From assembly GCA_963733095.1 (NCBI GenBank), contig CAVTBV010000012.1, positions 192,001 to 256,000 on the forward strand: a stretch of 64,000 nucleotides of DNA, read 5' to 3'. A program made the position numbers and the translations under genes. This document shows, piece after piece, positions 31,810-42,610 of this stretch. Numbering within the stretch: position 1 is the stretch's first letter; each line of letters begins with the position of its first letter. The notes under the pieces are model-generated. The model saw nothing but the letters and a program-made list of their open reading frames with translations. It searched no databases and had not been told where the DNA came from. The stretch is from Candidatus Bathyarchaeota archaeon. Its GTDB lineage: Archaea; Thermoproteota; Bathyarchaeia; Bathyarchaeales; Bathycorpusculaceae.

Positions 31810-34005
31810 TTACTGAGCTATTACACTTAAAGGCGCTAACTCTTTCTTTAAATTATCAAAACTTTCTTGTATTCTATTGATTAACTCACTGTCTCTACTT
31901 ACGTCAAGACCAGCATATTTTGCTTTATTATATTCACCACTGTATGTAATGACATCTTCAATCGAGTGTCTTTTCTCGTATAATTGTTTGATTTTTAAGG
32001 CTTCCAAGTCATTTTCATTGATAGATAGAACAGAATACATAATTGCACAGGCCGCTCCAAATTCCAAGCCGCTGGTGTCAACCCCATGTTTTTGAGCTAA
32101 ATGGATTGTGCCCATTATACGTTCTCCACTTTGAAGTTTTCTGAGAGGATCTCTCCCAACCCTTGAACACTTGTCCTTAAAAGAAGCGCGGCACCGTTTA
32201 AGAAAATCTGAAGCTATAGAATTAATGTATTTTTTTGAAGCAGGATTTTCAATTAACAGTGCAGGCACAATTTCACCTTTAATTATGTATTCAGCAAGCT
32301 TCGATACTCTTGAATCACCCATACCTTGACCGATGGTTTTATACCCCAGAAGTGCAGAGTACCAAGCTATTATTGCATGTGTTCCATTTGAAAGTTTATT
32401 TTTTATTTCTTGCATCGATCTTATGTTGTCAACCGTCACCACCTGTCTTAATCGCTCCAAAAGGGGGCTTCCTTTGCTGGCGTAAATCGGCATTTCAGGT
32501 TCACTACTGAATAGGGTAACATTTAGCTTTGATAGTTGGTTAGCAAATTTGGTTACAGACGATACATAGTCAGCAACGTGAATTGTTTGGTAAATTGCTT
32601 GGTTTTCGTTTTTTGCGGATTTATGACGTTTAGGGGATTTGTTTTCTGAAAAATAGGCATGTGAAAACTCTAAAACTTCCTCCATTTTCCCAGAATATTC
32701 CAAGATACTTTTGTGCATTTTATATAATTCGTTCTGCAAGTTTGAAAGAATAACGTCATCAGGTATTTTTGAAACCATTCTATTGACAACTGTTTCTGTG
32801 AAAAATGTGCTTTCAACAATTTTTTTGGCTTTTTCTTCGCCAGCTAACTGGGCAATCACATTCTCAATATGATTTCTTACAAATTTAGCTGAATTAATCT
32901 TATTCATGACAATAAGCAACGTTAGGTCTTTACCGCCGCTCTCGTATCTTTCTATCAAGCCCTTAGCAATCATTTTCGCTTGAGACCTAATGGCGTATTC
33001 TGGAAGAGACAACCCTATTATTTGCGCTTTCTTATACATCTCGATTATCTGTTCTTCATCGTTCATATCAATAATTTTTACGTTTGAAATCGTTTGAAAG
33101 TACGCAAGACTCTCGTATTTCACATTATATTTTCCAAGCGCGTTTACCAGTTGACGTTTAAGGCTGTCGTTTGTAGCAGCGATTATTTTACGCGGTCTAG
33201 TATATCCGTCCCAATGAGAAAAAATTTGGGCAAGGTACCCACCGCCCATAGCACCAAACCCGTGTATTCCCACAACTGTGTAACCTACACTCTGTGGAAA
33301 ATGCTCATTAAGGGTCGGTACTGGCATCTTTGGCATCTGCAGAATAAGCTCATCCAAAAAATCAGTCATTTTTTCGTAAGATCGATAAGCCAGCGCCTTA
33401 ACTTCGGAATAGGGTTCTTTTATGTCCTTAATGAAAATCGGTATACCGCCTGCAGCGCTTGCAGATAGAAGACCGTTTTGTGAATCTTCAAAGATAAAGC
33501 AGTTGCTTGGTTCACAGTTTAGTTCGCTTGCTGCTTTAAGGAATATTTCGGGGTTAGGTTTTCCTTTTTCTACATCTTCGCCACATACTACTACGTCGAA
33601 GAATCTGAGTACCCGTGCGTTGAGCAAGTATTCTTCGGCGATTTCTCTTCGGCTTGATGTAGCTAAAGCGATAAGCACTCCATTTTTCTTGAATCGTTCA
33701 AGTAAGTTATATAGACCCCTCTTAATCGGCACCCCATTTTCTCGCACGTACCCTCTTTCCAACGCATCTGCGCGTTCTCTTATTTTTTTATACGGATAGT
33801 CATCACCATAACATTCTTTTGCAAGTTTTTCAGCAGTTACAGCGCTCACTCCAAGAGAATCGTAGAGGATTTGGTCTGAAATTTCTTGTCCAAAGATTTC
33901 CTTAGAAGCCTGTTTAAGCATCTTGAAACGCAGGCGTTCGGTATCAAACATCGTGCCATCCATGTCGAAAATGACAGCATCTAAGGTCTTGTTCTGAAAA
34001 ATCAT
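31810..34005 (-). CDS. mtlD: Bifunctional HAD phosphatase / mannitol-1-phosphate dehydrogenase (Acinetobacter MtlD-like)
   Basis: HAD motifs DMDGT, ATSS, KPNP, FEDS; then GIHGFGAMGGGY...HWDGYTRP, VVNRMV, KNKLSNGTHA, RVGRDPLRKL. Confidence 0.85.
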   Translation of the reverse strand: MIFQNKTLDAVIFDMDGTMFDTERLRFKMLKQASKEIFGQEISDQILYDSLGVSAVTAEKLAKECYGDDYPYKKIRERADALERGYVRENGVPIKRGLYNLLERFKKNGVLIALATSSRREIAEEYLLNARVLRFFDVVVCGEDVEKGKPNPEIFLKAASELNCEPSNCFIFEDSQNGLLSASAAGGIPIFIKDIKEPYSEVKALAYRSYEKMTDFLDELILQMPKMPVPTLNEHFPQSVGYTVVGIHGFGAMGGGYLAQIFSHWDGYTRPRKIIAATNDSLKRQLVNALGKYNVKYESLAYFQTISNVKIIDMNDEEQIIEMYKKAQIIGLSLPEYAIRSQAKMIAKGLIERYESGGKDLTLLIVMNKINSAKFVRNHIENVIAQLAGEEKAKKIVESTFFTETVVNRMVSKIPDDVILSNLQNELYKMHKSILEYSGKMEEVLEFSHAYFSENKSPKRHKSAKNENQAIYQTIHVADYVSSVTKFANQLSKLNVTLFSSEPEMPIYASKGSPLLERLRQVVTVDNIRSMQEIKNKLSNGTHAIIAWYSALLGYKTIGQGMGDSRVSKLAEYIIKGEIVPALLIENPASKKYINSIASDFLKRCRASFKDKCSRVGRDPLRKLQSGERIMGTIHLAQKHGVDTSGLEFGAACAIMYSVLSINENDLEALKIKQLYEKRHSIEDVITYSGEYNKAKYAGLDVSRDSELINRIQESFDNLKKELAPLSVIAQ

Positions 34006-34309
34006 TCCTTGTTCCCCTTATTTTCTGTTATACTGTAAAGCTTTTCTTATAAGTTTTTTTACAGAAATTTGCGAAAATAGTCAAATTTTTACGTGAAAAA
34101 ATGTGTGTTTATGCATAGTTTACTAAAATACGCCATCAACAGTGCATCCTTATGAAGAAAAAAGTTTTTAAGGGCGAATTGTTCTGCGAAACAATAGAAG
34201 GAAACCAATCCTTGAAAAATAACGTTTAAGAGGGATTCAGGTCTGTATCGAGTTTTCAAGGGCATTAAAATATCGAAAAGCAGTGCTCAGAAGAACCGTA
34301 GCCAACGAA

Positions 34310-34567
34310 TTAAGCCTGCTCAACAACGTCCATAACGTTGACTGTTGAGGTTATCCATCGCAAGTAAGCGTTCAAAGTTGCCCGCAAGGCAACCGTGTCC
34401 TCTGCCTCAACATTTAACACGAGAAATAAGCCGTCCTCTTCAAGCTTTATGCTGGCGCGTTTGGTTGGTGGGGCGTTGGCTTCAGGCGTTAAAGCGCTAA
34501 GGATAGTGGAGATTTGTTTTTGTGATGCGAACTTTAGACGTATGTTAGCTTTTGTTTTGGCTGACAT
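34310..34567 (-). CDS. pcc1: KEOPS complex subunit Pcc1
   Basis: ALTPE...AEDTVALRATLNAYLRWI; conserved operon position. Confidence 0.9.
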   Translation of the reverse strand: MSAKTKANIRLKFASQKQISTILSALTPEANAPPTKRASIKLEEDGLFLVLNVEAEDTVALRATLNAYLRWITSTVNVMDVVEQA

Positions 34568-34652
34568 TTGAGGGTCCGTATGTTAACAGGATCTCCAAGG
34601 TAATAAACAGAAACTAAAAAATTAACAAAAATTAAAGAAGGAAAAGAAAGGT

Positions 34653-34976
34653 TTACTCAGTGGTTTCTTCTTCAGTTGCCGACTCAACAGCTGTGACAAC
34701 TTGGGTGGTTTCTTCGACTGGCGCACCTTTAGCTGCACGTTTGGCCACAACACCCAGCTTCGTTATAGGTGTGTATGCTCCGCCTGCAAAAGTGTACTCG
34801 CATTTGCTGCATTTCCAGATACCGACGCTTTGGCGTTTAACGCGAGTAAAGCCGCATTGAGGGCATCTGTGGGGCTTCTTGAGTTCAGTGATTACTTTAA
34901 TGTAGCGCTTTCTGACGGTGGAGCCGTAGCGGACTCCTAAACCTCGTGTTGGACCAACTTTCTTCATTTTGGGCAA
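34653..34976 (-). CDS. rpl37ae: 50S ribosomal protein L37ae
   Basis: GVRYGSTVRKR, CPQC, GIWKCSKC, AGGAY. Confidence 0.96.
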   Translation of the reverse strand: MPKMKKVGPTRGLGVRYGSTVRKRYIKVITELKKPHRCPQCGFTRVKRQSVGIWKCSKCEYTFAGGAYTPITKLGVVAKRAAKGAPVEETTQVVTAVESATEEETTE

Positions 34977-34984
34977 CTTTTATC

Positions 34985-35776
34985 TCACCAATCTAGTTTC
35001 TTGCGCAGTTCTGCTGCTTTGTCCAGAGCAATCTTTGAGGCTTCTAAAATCTGTTGCGGTGAGAAATAGCCTGACCCGCCCTTTTGTATGGCGCAGATGG
35101 TTCCGTCTTCTTTGGTTGCGAAGGTGATGCGTGAATCCATGACTTGCTCTTCTTCGGCTTGAGGGTCTATTATTAGGTGGTTGTTTATTTTGCCTGTGGT
35201 GACTGTTATAGGGTGGTTTTTTACGGGTAGTGGTGTGTAGCCTTGTTTGATTTTGAGTTCGCCGTCTTTGATTTCGTAGTTGGGCATCTTTGTGTTGAGA
35301 AGTGCAGCCATGGCAGCTAATGCGGCTGCGTCAATCAGGTTTCCATCATGGTTGAGCACGTAAACGTCGACGAAGACTACGAAGACTTTTTTGCCTGGTT
35401 CAATGCAGAGTTTTTCGTTGTCGATGCATTTGGATTCTCTGATGCCTCTGTCGACTACGCGGGCGAGTTCGATGCTGTTTTCGTCTGGTGGTCCTGGTTC
35501 AAAGTGTGGTGAAGCAACGGGAACGAGTTCTGCATTTACGGTTAAGACACCTTCGTTTGGTGTGTCTGGGAAGGGTTCGCCTAATCCTACTTTGACGCCG
35601 ACGAGAATCTCTGTTTTGCCGAGGTAGACTCTTGCGGAGCCTTCAGCTTTCTCGATTAGGCCTTGTTCGATTTTGATTTCGCGGGTATCGAGTAAGCCTC
35701 TGTCGTCTAGGCGTTTGCCTTTCTCGATTAGTTGTTCGATTTGTCTTAGTCTAACTTTTGTTACAAGGGATGACAT
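34985..35776 (-). CDS. rrp42: Exosome subunit Rrp42
   Basis: KAEGSARV, PFPDTPNEG, ELARVVDRGIRES. Confidence 0.95.
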   Translation of the reverse strand: MSSLVTKVRLRQIEQLIEKGKRLDDRGLLDTREIKIEQGLIEKAEGSARVYLGKTEILVGVKVGLGEPFPDTPNEGVLTVNAELVPVASPHFEPGPPDENSIELARVVDRGIRESKCIDNEKLCIEPGKKVFVVFVDVYVLNHDGNLIDAAALAAMAALLNTKMPNYEIKDGELKIKQGYTPLPVKNHPITVTTGKINNHLIIDPQAEEEQVMDSRITFATKEDGTICAIQKGGSGYFSPQQILEASKIALDKAAELRKKLDW

Positions 35777-36510
35777 TATTCTTCAACCTCTTTAACGACC
35801 ATGTATTTGGTCTTTAATGCTTCTTTTTGCATCTCGTAGATTTTCTTGCAGCCTTCCATCGCCATGTTCACGGCTTTTTCGAATTCTGCGGGCTCTAAGA
35901 TTCCGTCCATTTGTAGCAATGTAATTGCGTTTAGGGCAGGCATGTATGCTACTGGAACGTCTGCGGCGCCGAGTTTGTCTTCTGCATCGTATAGGTCAAG
36001 GACAACTGTGTCGTCAACTTTTCCTGCTGCGCATCCTACGACTAAGTCGCGCATTGGAACGCCTGCGTCTGCGATGGCTAGTGCGGCTGCGGTGATGGCT
36101 GCGCATCTTGTTCCTCCGTCGGCTTGCAAGACTTCAACGAAGACGTCAACGCCTGTACGGGGGTATAGTTCAAGGAATAGGGCTGGTTCTAATGATTCTT
36201 TTATGACTTTTGAGAGTTCAACTTCTCTTCGTGATGGTGCAGGGGACTTTCGTTCCTGTACAGAGAAGGGTGCCATGTGGTAGCGAACTTTTAGAACCAT
36301 GCGGTCAGCTTGCATGAGGTGTTTTGGGTGCACTTCTCTTGGACCGAATGCTGCGGCTAAAATCTTGTTTTTACCGTGTTCAATATAGGCTGATCCGTCG
36401 GCGTTTGAGAGTACGCCTACCTGAAGTTTTAAGGGGCGAAGTTCATCCGCTTTTCTACCGTCTAGTCGGATGCCTTTCTTGTCGATTAATTTATCGGGTT
36501 TTTCATTCAA
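35776..36510 (-). CDS. rrp41: Exosome subunit Rrp41
   Basis: [28 protein letters not shown]. Confidence 0.96.
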   Translation of the reverse strand: MNEKPDKLIDKKGIRLDGRKADELRPLKLQVGVLSNADGSAYIEHGKNKILAAAFGPREVHPKHLMQADRMVLKVRYHMAPFSVQERKSPAPSRREVELSKVIKESLEPALFLELYPRTGVDVFVEVLQADGGTRCAAITAAALAIADAGVPMRDLVVGCAAGKVDDTVVLDLYDAEDKLGAADVPVAYMPALNAITLLQMDGILEPAEFEKAVNMAMEGCKKIYEMQKEALKTKYMVVKEVEE

Positions 36511-37216
36511 CTTTGTTTTCCTCCACTTTACCTATTTTCTTTTCTTTTAGCAACTGTGTTATGCGATCAGTAAGACCGCTTGTGTGGGATTCTGCTTCGA
36601 TTTTTCGAATCACGCTTATGGCAAGTTCCTCTTCTTCTAAGGTTTTGCCTGTGACCAATATGACTCCGTTTAATCCGAGGATGATTTGGCAGTTGGTTTC
36701 TTGTTTAATCATGGAAATCATCGAGCCTTTGCGTCCGATGATCCTAGGAATCTTTGTCGGGGTCACTTGAAGGATTTGGCCTCGAGTAATCTTGCCCAAG
36801 CCGGGTTCGCCGACGGTTAGTTGAGGGTCGTGTGCTCGGTCGAAGGATGCTATTTTGGCAACGATTAAGTCGCCTGCGGTTAAGACTGCTGATAATTCGT
36901 CGTTTTGAGGCTTAAAGGGGCGGCTTAGCACGTCTGATGCACGCAGCATTGCTGTGTAGGGTGCTTTGATGTCGACGGTCCAGCCGTTGAATCCTACTTC
37001 AGTGACTGTTCCAATGACTATGTCACCCATTTTCGGCACGTAAAAAGCCCTAAGTGCAACAACGTTTACTTTTTTATTATCGCTGTCTACGAGTCCAATC
37101 CTTGAGGCATAAATCTTGCCTGCTTCCACATACGTGTTTTCGCCAGGTAAATAGTCGCCTTCAGCGAGCATTTCTCCAGGCGTAACAAGCTGTTTTTTTT
37201 CAAAGAATGTTGGCAT
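36503..37216 (-). CDS. rrp4: Exosome RNA-binding subunit Rrp4
   Basis: S1 and KH domains; [11 protein letters not shown]; HTSGLTDRI. Confidence 0.95.
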   Translation of the reverse strand: MPTFFEKKQLVTPGEMLAEGDYLPGENTYVEAGKIYASRIGLVDSDNKKVNVVALRAFYVPKMGDIVIGTVTEVGFNGWTVDIKAPYTAMLRASDVLSRPFKPQNDELSAVLTAGDLIVAKIASFDRAHDPQLTVGEPGLGKITRGQILQVTPTKIPRIIGRKGSMISMIKQETNCQIILGLNGVILVTGKTLEEEELAISVIRKIEAESHTSGLTDRITQLLKEKKIGKVEENKVE

Positions 37217-37244
37217 AAAATCACCTATATCATTTTTTCCATTA

Positions 37245-37934
37245 CTAAGAGATTATTTTTGCTTCTCCTGTTCCCTTGGTTGCGTCGCCAAGTTTGTTTA
37301 TCAGCGAAGCATATGATCCTGCGGGTAATTCGAGTTCACCATACCATGAGCCGTCACCGCGCCATTCCTCCCGTTTGATGGTGCCCAAAGTTTTGACCGT
37401 GCCGTAGGCTCTGGCTGCGTATTGCGTGGGAATCTTTACTGCAACTGTGACCTGCTCAATTTTCAGCGGCAAGATTGGTCGGAGCAGTTTAACTATGTCT
37501 TTGGCTTGTTCCTCAATTGGTTTGTATGGATCAATTGGATAGTGAATTTGCTCCATTGCGTTTTCGATGCGTGCTGGCGGATGGGGCAGATTTGTTTTGG
37601 GATCTACTGCTTGATGAGAAATAAAGTCGATAACTTGCCTTTTTTTGTCTTCAACCATTCTGCGTCTTTGGTCGGTTGTCAGTTGCAGGGTTCCTTTTTT
37701 TAGGATTTCATCTGCAATCTTTAACGGGTCAGTTGTCTTGAAGGCTTTTTTCATAGCTTCTTCAGAAACTTTGGTGCCTTTGTTGGCATCTGCGAAAATC
37801 ATTTCAGCGGCTAAAACCTCGGTTATTCCCGCGATTTTGCCGTTTCGGTAGTCGAGCGCTTTTTGGGGCTTAACTAATATTTCAAAATGTTCATTTTCTC
37901 TTGTTAAGCGTGCGACGGTGAACTTTTCGCTCAT
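37245..37934 (-). CDS. sdo1: Ribosome maturation factor SBDS/Sdo1
   Basis: HFEILV, QLTTDQRR, DPKTNLPHPPARIENAM. Confidence 0.95.
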   Translation of the reverse strand: MSEKFTVARLTRENEHFEILVKPQKALDYRNGKIAGITEVLAAEMIFADANKGTKVSEEAMKKAFKTTDPLKIADEILKKGTLQLTTDQRRRMVEDKKRQVIDFISHQAVDPKTNLPHPPARIENAMEQIHYPIDPYKPIEEQAKDIVKLLRPILPLKIEQVTVAVKIPTQYAARAYGTVKTLGTIKREEWRGDGSWYGELELPAGSYASLINKLGDATKGTGEAKIIS

Positions 37935-37941
37935 TAGTTTT

Positions 37942-38670
37942 TCACTTGCTTGAACCCAGCTCTTTGATATAACCTTCCACTGTGTTGTCGTTTAACATTT
38001 CCATTTTCTGTGTTGCTGCTGGGATGATTGCGATTTTTATTCTGGCGGGTAGTTGGCGTGCTTCGAGCGCTTTGACTAGGCATTTGACTGTAAGTTTTAT
38101 GCTGTTGTCAAGGGTGAGGTCTTCTTTGTATTCTTCTTTTAGGATACCGAGAACTGTTTCTCTTCCTGCGCCAAGGGCAGTGGCTTTGTATCCACGGTAG
38201 GTTCCGCTTGGGTGGGTACCGAAGACGCGTGTTCCTGTTTTGTCGACTCCGCCGAAGATTATGGAGACTCCGAAGGGTCGGACACCTGCATGCTGCGTGT
38301 ACATCTGCTGGATGTCACATATGCGTTTAGTTACGACTTCCACGTCTATGGGTTCGTCGTATGTTAGTTTGTTGCTTTGAGCATAGATTCTTGCTTGGTC
38401 AATTAGGATTCTTGCGTCGGAACTTAACCCGACAATGGCTGCGCCAATATGATCGTCTACTCGGAAGATTTTCCATGAGTACCCTGCTTCTTCAAGGGGT
38501 TCGATGTTTTCTTCTGAACCGAGAACTAGTCCTTCTGAAGATTGGATGCCTATAATGGTGGCTCCACGGTTCACTAATTCCATCGCGTATTCTACTTGGA
38601 AGAGTCGTCCATCAGGCGAGAAAACGGTAATGGCACGGTCATATGCTCCTGGTGCTGCAAATACAGACAT
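37942..38670 (-). CDS. psmA: Proteasome subunit alpha
   Basis: YDRAITVFSPDGRLFQVEYA, RPFGVS. Confidence 0.97.
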   Translation of the reverse strand: MSVFAAPGAYDRAITVFSPDGRLFQVEYAMELVNRGATIIGIQSSEGLVLGSEENIEPLEEAGYSWKIFRVDDHIGAAIVGLSSDARILIDQARIYAQSNKLTYDEPIDVEVVTKRICDIQQMYTQHAGVRPFGVSIIFGGVDKTGTRVFGTHPSGTYRGYKATALGAGRETVLGILKEEYKEDLTLDNSIKLTVKCLVKALEARQLPARIKIAIIPAATQKMEMLNDNTVEGYIKELGSSK

Positions 38671-39059
38671 AATGTTAACCTCACTTTACACTATACACTT
38701 TTTCACAGTCTCATATAATAACTACACTAAAAACCTTTCCTATAAAAGCAAAAGCTAAACCAATCATGGTTTAATAGTATTGGCAAGATTCAAACGGCAA
38801 AAGACATAAAGAAACATATTAAGCTATCCAGTTACCAGCGCAAATTCCGCCGACTTAGTGCCAAACGTTAAGCCGCTTCGCTGCCAAACCCAAGGTTTGA
38901 TTATTAATGGTTGCTCGGATAGATGACAAATAACCAGACTAGTTGTTACAAAGTATTAGCGCATGTTACGGATTTTCTCTTTAAACCTGATGTTTGTCAT
39001 TTTATACGCAAACTTAAAAGCAGACTAACCCCTCAAGCGCTAATAGAAGAGGACATGGA

Positions 39060-41156
39060 TTGGCAGTCAACAGAATATTAACGGTCATACTTTGTTCTTT
39101 ATTATGCATCAGTTTGGCAACAGCATTAACAAACTCTATCACTTTTGTCAAGGCACAATCGGTCGGTTGGCAAGCAGACTCAAATCTCACTAAGGGTTTG
39201 CCCCCACTTGGTTGGATAGGCGAGAACTGTCAATGCTTTGTATACAGCCTCAGGGGTGATGGTCAATGGAGCCTAATAATCGGTCGCGCTAATGGTTGGA
39301 CCGTCAACCAATTCCCATTCACGGGGTATGATTGGGATGGGTCAAAATGGGTAAGCGATGACAGTATTGTTCAAGGATTATCCGCATACGCAAACGGAAA
39401 TGATCCTACAGCTGGCTTCAATATAACTGGTGAGGGTACTTATGATATGATAATTGCTGGAAACGCCTACTCAGCAAGTTTAGAACCAATGGCTGGACGC
39501 GGCTGGATAGGATATTCCTGGCATGATTCACATTGGGTAGAGAATCCCAAGTTAATAGAAGGATTGCCAAACTTTAACGAGAACGGTGGTGGAGTTAACT
39601 TTGCAACCCTATCCTACAACCTTACTGGCAGCGGCAAATGGGATTTAGTTGCCGATAATTATGATAATAAGGGATACTTAGGTTTTGAGTGGAACGGAAC
39701 AGGCTGGGGCACTCAAAATAATTTAGTCAACGGTTTACCTTTCAAAGAAGCATTTGGTCCAGATTGTACATTTCCTGTTCCTTGTGTTGCTCAAGGCTTC
39801 GAAGGGGGCACGGTTCTTTTTGTTGGGTTGGCAGGTGGAGTGCATGGTAGTCTGGAATGTTTTAAGTGGAATGGGGCTGGCTGGACTGCTGATGACTCGT
39901 ATTCCTATGGGATTGATAATTTGTTGCCATGGCCAAACACGCCCACGATCGCTTACAATGTGACTGGTAACAATCAATGGGCTTTACTTATTGGCTCAGC
40001 CTCTGGCTTTGTCAATAGAACCGACTATTACAGTGGCTACTACTGGACAGGTAAAACCCCAGTCACAATCTCACCGCTTTCAAAAACGGTAAATTGGGGA
40101 CAACCAGTAACTTACACAGCAACCGTAACGGGAAACACGGCACCCTATACCTATCAATGGTACGTAGATGACCGCTTAGAATACAGTGTCAATTCGTCTT
40201 CCAACACTAATTCTTGGACATATTCACCGACAGTTGACATGACTTCATTTGTCTACGTTAAAGTTACGGATACCAACGGGGTTGTTGCTGAATCAATAAA
40301 ATCGACGTTAACTTCTACTTTAGCCGGCGGTGTGCTGCCAATTGGGGGATTGGGAACTGAACATTCGTCTATTCCCCAGCTTTCTGTTTACTGCAGAAGC
40401 TATACAATTGATGGTGTCTTCAAATTGGATATCACCGGTAACTTAACAGATGCAGGCGGGGGTTTAACAGATCAACCCGTAACGCTCTCGTTTAGTGCTG
40501 ACGGCGGAGGCTCTTGGAGCCAAATCACTACAGTTAACACAGCTACCCTCGGAGACTTTATTGTAACTTGGATACCTTCAGTTACTGGTAATTGCCTCTT
40601 GAAAGCTGATTACCCAGGAAACACAACGTATCTACCAACCAGCACGATAGTCAACTTTGCAACAACCACTACTAATTTGCAGCCGACTCTTTTTGCCATT
40701 CAGACAAACTCTACCATTACAGCGTTCTCAGTCGATCCCACAAGCAAGCAATTGAGCTTTAGCGTTTCTGGACCAGAAGGATCAACTGGATACATCCAAG
40801 TATTTATTTCAAGAACCCTAATCACTGATGCTTCTGAGCTGCAAATTTTGCTTGATGGCGAACCCTTGAACATTGACTCTGCCTCTATAGGTGACGCTTG
40901 GCTTGTAGTTTGCACCTATCATCACAGTACACATTCGGTTTCAATAGACTTGGATTCAAACGTAACAGAAACGGCGTCATCCAATGAAATATTGAAATGG
41001 GTAACTCTGACATCTGTAACAACAATAGCTGCCGCAGTCATCATTGCCGTCACGGTAGTCTTTCGGAAAAGACGAAACAAAAGACTATCATTTAATGTAT
41101 TATTCCACTCCGGTAGCAATCAAATGCCAACCGTTGATTGTTCTGCCACTGTGTAA
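39060..41156 (+). CDS. Secreted/anchored surface protein with Trp/Gly-rich repeats and Ig/PKD-like domains
   Basis: Signal peptide; about 4 YNxTGxxxWxL and WxGxxW repeats; PYTYQWYVD; C-terminal TM followed by RKRR. Confidence 0.75.
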   Translation: MAVNRILTVILCSLLCISLATALTNSITFVKAQSVGWQADSNLTKGLPPLGWIGENCQCFVYSLRGDGQWSLIIGRANGWTVNQFPFTGYDWDGSKWVSDDSIVQGLSAYANGNDPTAGFNITGEGTYDMIIAGNAYSASLEPMAGRGWIGYSWHDSHWVENPKLIEGLPNFNENGGGVNFATLSYNLTGSGKWDLVADNYDNKGYLGFEWNGTGWGTQNNLVNGLPFKEAFGPDCTFPVPCVAQGFEGGTVLFVGLAGGVHGSLECFKWNGAGWTADDSYSYGIDNLLPWPNTPTIAYNVTGNNQWALLIGSASGFVNRTDYYSGYYWTGKTPVTISPLSKTVNWGQPVTYTATVTGNTAPYTYQWYVDDRLEYSVNSSSNTNSWTYSPTVDMTSFVYVKVTDTNGVVAESIKSTLTSTLAGGVLPIGGLGTEHSSIPQLSVYCRSYTIDGVFKLDITGNLTDAGGGLTDQPVTLSFSADGGGSWSQITTVNTATLGDFIVTWIPSVTGNCLLKADYPGNTTYLPTSTIVNFATTTTNLQPTLFAIQTNSTITAFSVDPTSKQLSFSVSGPEGSTGYIQVFISRTLITDASELQILLDGEPLNIDSASIGDAWLVVCTYHHSTHSVSIDLDSNVTETASSNEILKWVTLTSVTTIAAAVIIAVTVVFRKRRNKRLSFNVLFHSGSNQMPTVDCSATV

Positions 41157-41602
41157 ACTGCTCTGCCGTCGTGGAGTTTTGGGTTTCCATAACCGTTCGC
41201 GGGCAATCGGCTTGTTGCCGTTTCTGCTCATCCAGCATTGCCGCGATTTGCTTTTAGAGGGCCCTCAGAAACTCCGACGTCTTTCAGAGCAAAATAAGCT
41301 GAAACTGTATAGAAGAGGATTCTGACTTTGTTAACCTGAAGATACTTGTCGATAAAATAGCGGGGGTTGGTTTAATCTACGCATCAAAAAGTTACTGCCC
41401 ACCATCCAAGAGCAAAACAACCATGTTCAAGTGATCCTCAAGCAACAAAATTAGATCTTGGAGCGTAGCCACGATATTGCTACATCGTGTGTTTAATCAA
41501 GAGCATGCCTACAAGTGTTCCAGCTTTGGAACAACCCGTTGATTAACTGTTCCCTGAATAGAACTATAAGTTAACTTCGTTACTAATTATAACAGGAAGT
41601 CC

Positions 41603-42610
41603 TTGACTTTGATGAAAAAACCAACAAGCACTATCCTAATTCTGCTTTCACTTATAATTTTAGGGACTAATTGCCTTGAACCTGTTTGTGCGCAATCAAC
41701 TAAACCCTCAGAACCAAAGTTTTCTATACAATTCCCAAATGACAGCTCAATACAGATAGTTATAGAAAATCAAGCATTCACTAGCAGTAGCTCTGTTAAC
41801 TCAATAGTTTACTATTATAGAGTCAAAGACCATAACTCATACCAATGGATACGAATGGGTGATTATCAGCTTCAATCTGACTCACAAACTACTCTTATCA
41901 CAATACCACCATACCCATGCGACCTTAGAGATTACCTTTTTCGTCCATCCATGAATAATCCTCTTAACAATAGTACTTTGCTCGATTTTCAAGTTCAAGC
42001 AATAACCGGTTACTATGCTATAACTCAAAAGCCAGGCTACATGCCAGGTATTCCACCTGTAGGACCTGGGGATGGTTATACAGAGATTACTTTTAATGAT
42101 ACAGAATCAAGCGACTGGAGCAACCCAATAACTGTTAACATAGTTGACAAAATTACGTTATCACCAAGTCAAATCTCGTCACTTAATCCAACACCCGGTC
42201 CGACTTCGTTCCAGTTTAATGTTTCAGTTGAAGACAAAACCTACCCGGTTATCGCTGATAGCAACTCAACCGTTACTGATTTAACGTTTAATCCTGCCAC
42301 AAAAGAGCTAAACTTCAAAGCAAACGGACAAACTGGAACAACAGGGTACTGCAGGATCACTATCCCAGCTACCCTTGTAGAGGGAGAACTATCAATCTAC
42401 AAAGATGAAACATTACTGGTAAAAGATGCAGATTACACTCAATCTAACGATGGAACAAACAATATTCTACAAATAAACTACAGTCACAGCACTCATAATT
42501 TCAAGATTGTTGGCACACAAGCAATCCCAGAGCTCCCCATCTTAGGAATCTTGCCTTTGTTTGTAATCATGTCCTTGATAACAACCAAAGTTCTAAGGAG
42601 AAGAATGTGA
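41603..42610 (+). CDS. Surface protein with PEF-CTERM-like sorting tail
   Basis: Signal peptide; IPELP, TM helix, then RRR. Confidence 0.75.
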   Translation: MTLMKKPTSTILILLSLIILGTNCLEPVCAQSTKPSEPKFSIQFPNDSSIQIVIENQAFTSSSSVNSIVYYYRVKDHNSYQWIRMGDYQLQSDSQTTLITIPPYPCDLRDYLFRPSMNNPLNNSTLLDFQVQAITGYYAITQKPGYMPGIPPVGPGDGYTEITFNDTESSDWSNPITVNIVDKITLSPSQISSLNPTPGPTSFQFNVSVEDKTYPVIADSNSTVTDLTFNPATKELNFKANGQTGTTGYCRITIPATLVEGELSIYKDETLLVKDADYTQSNDGTNNILQINYSHSTHNFKIVGTQAIPELPILGILPLFVIMSLITTKVLRRRM

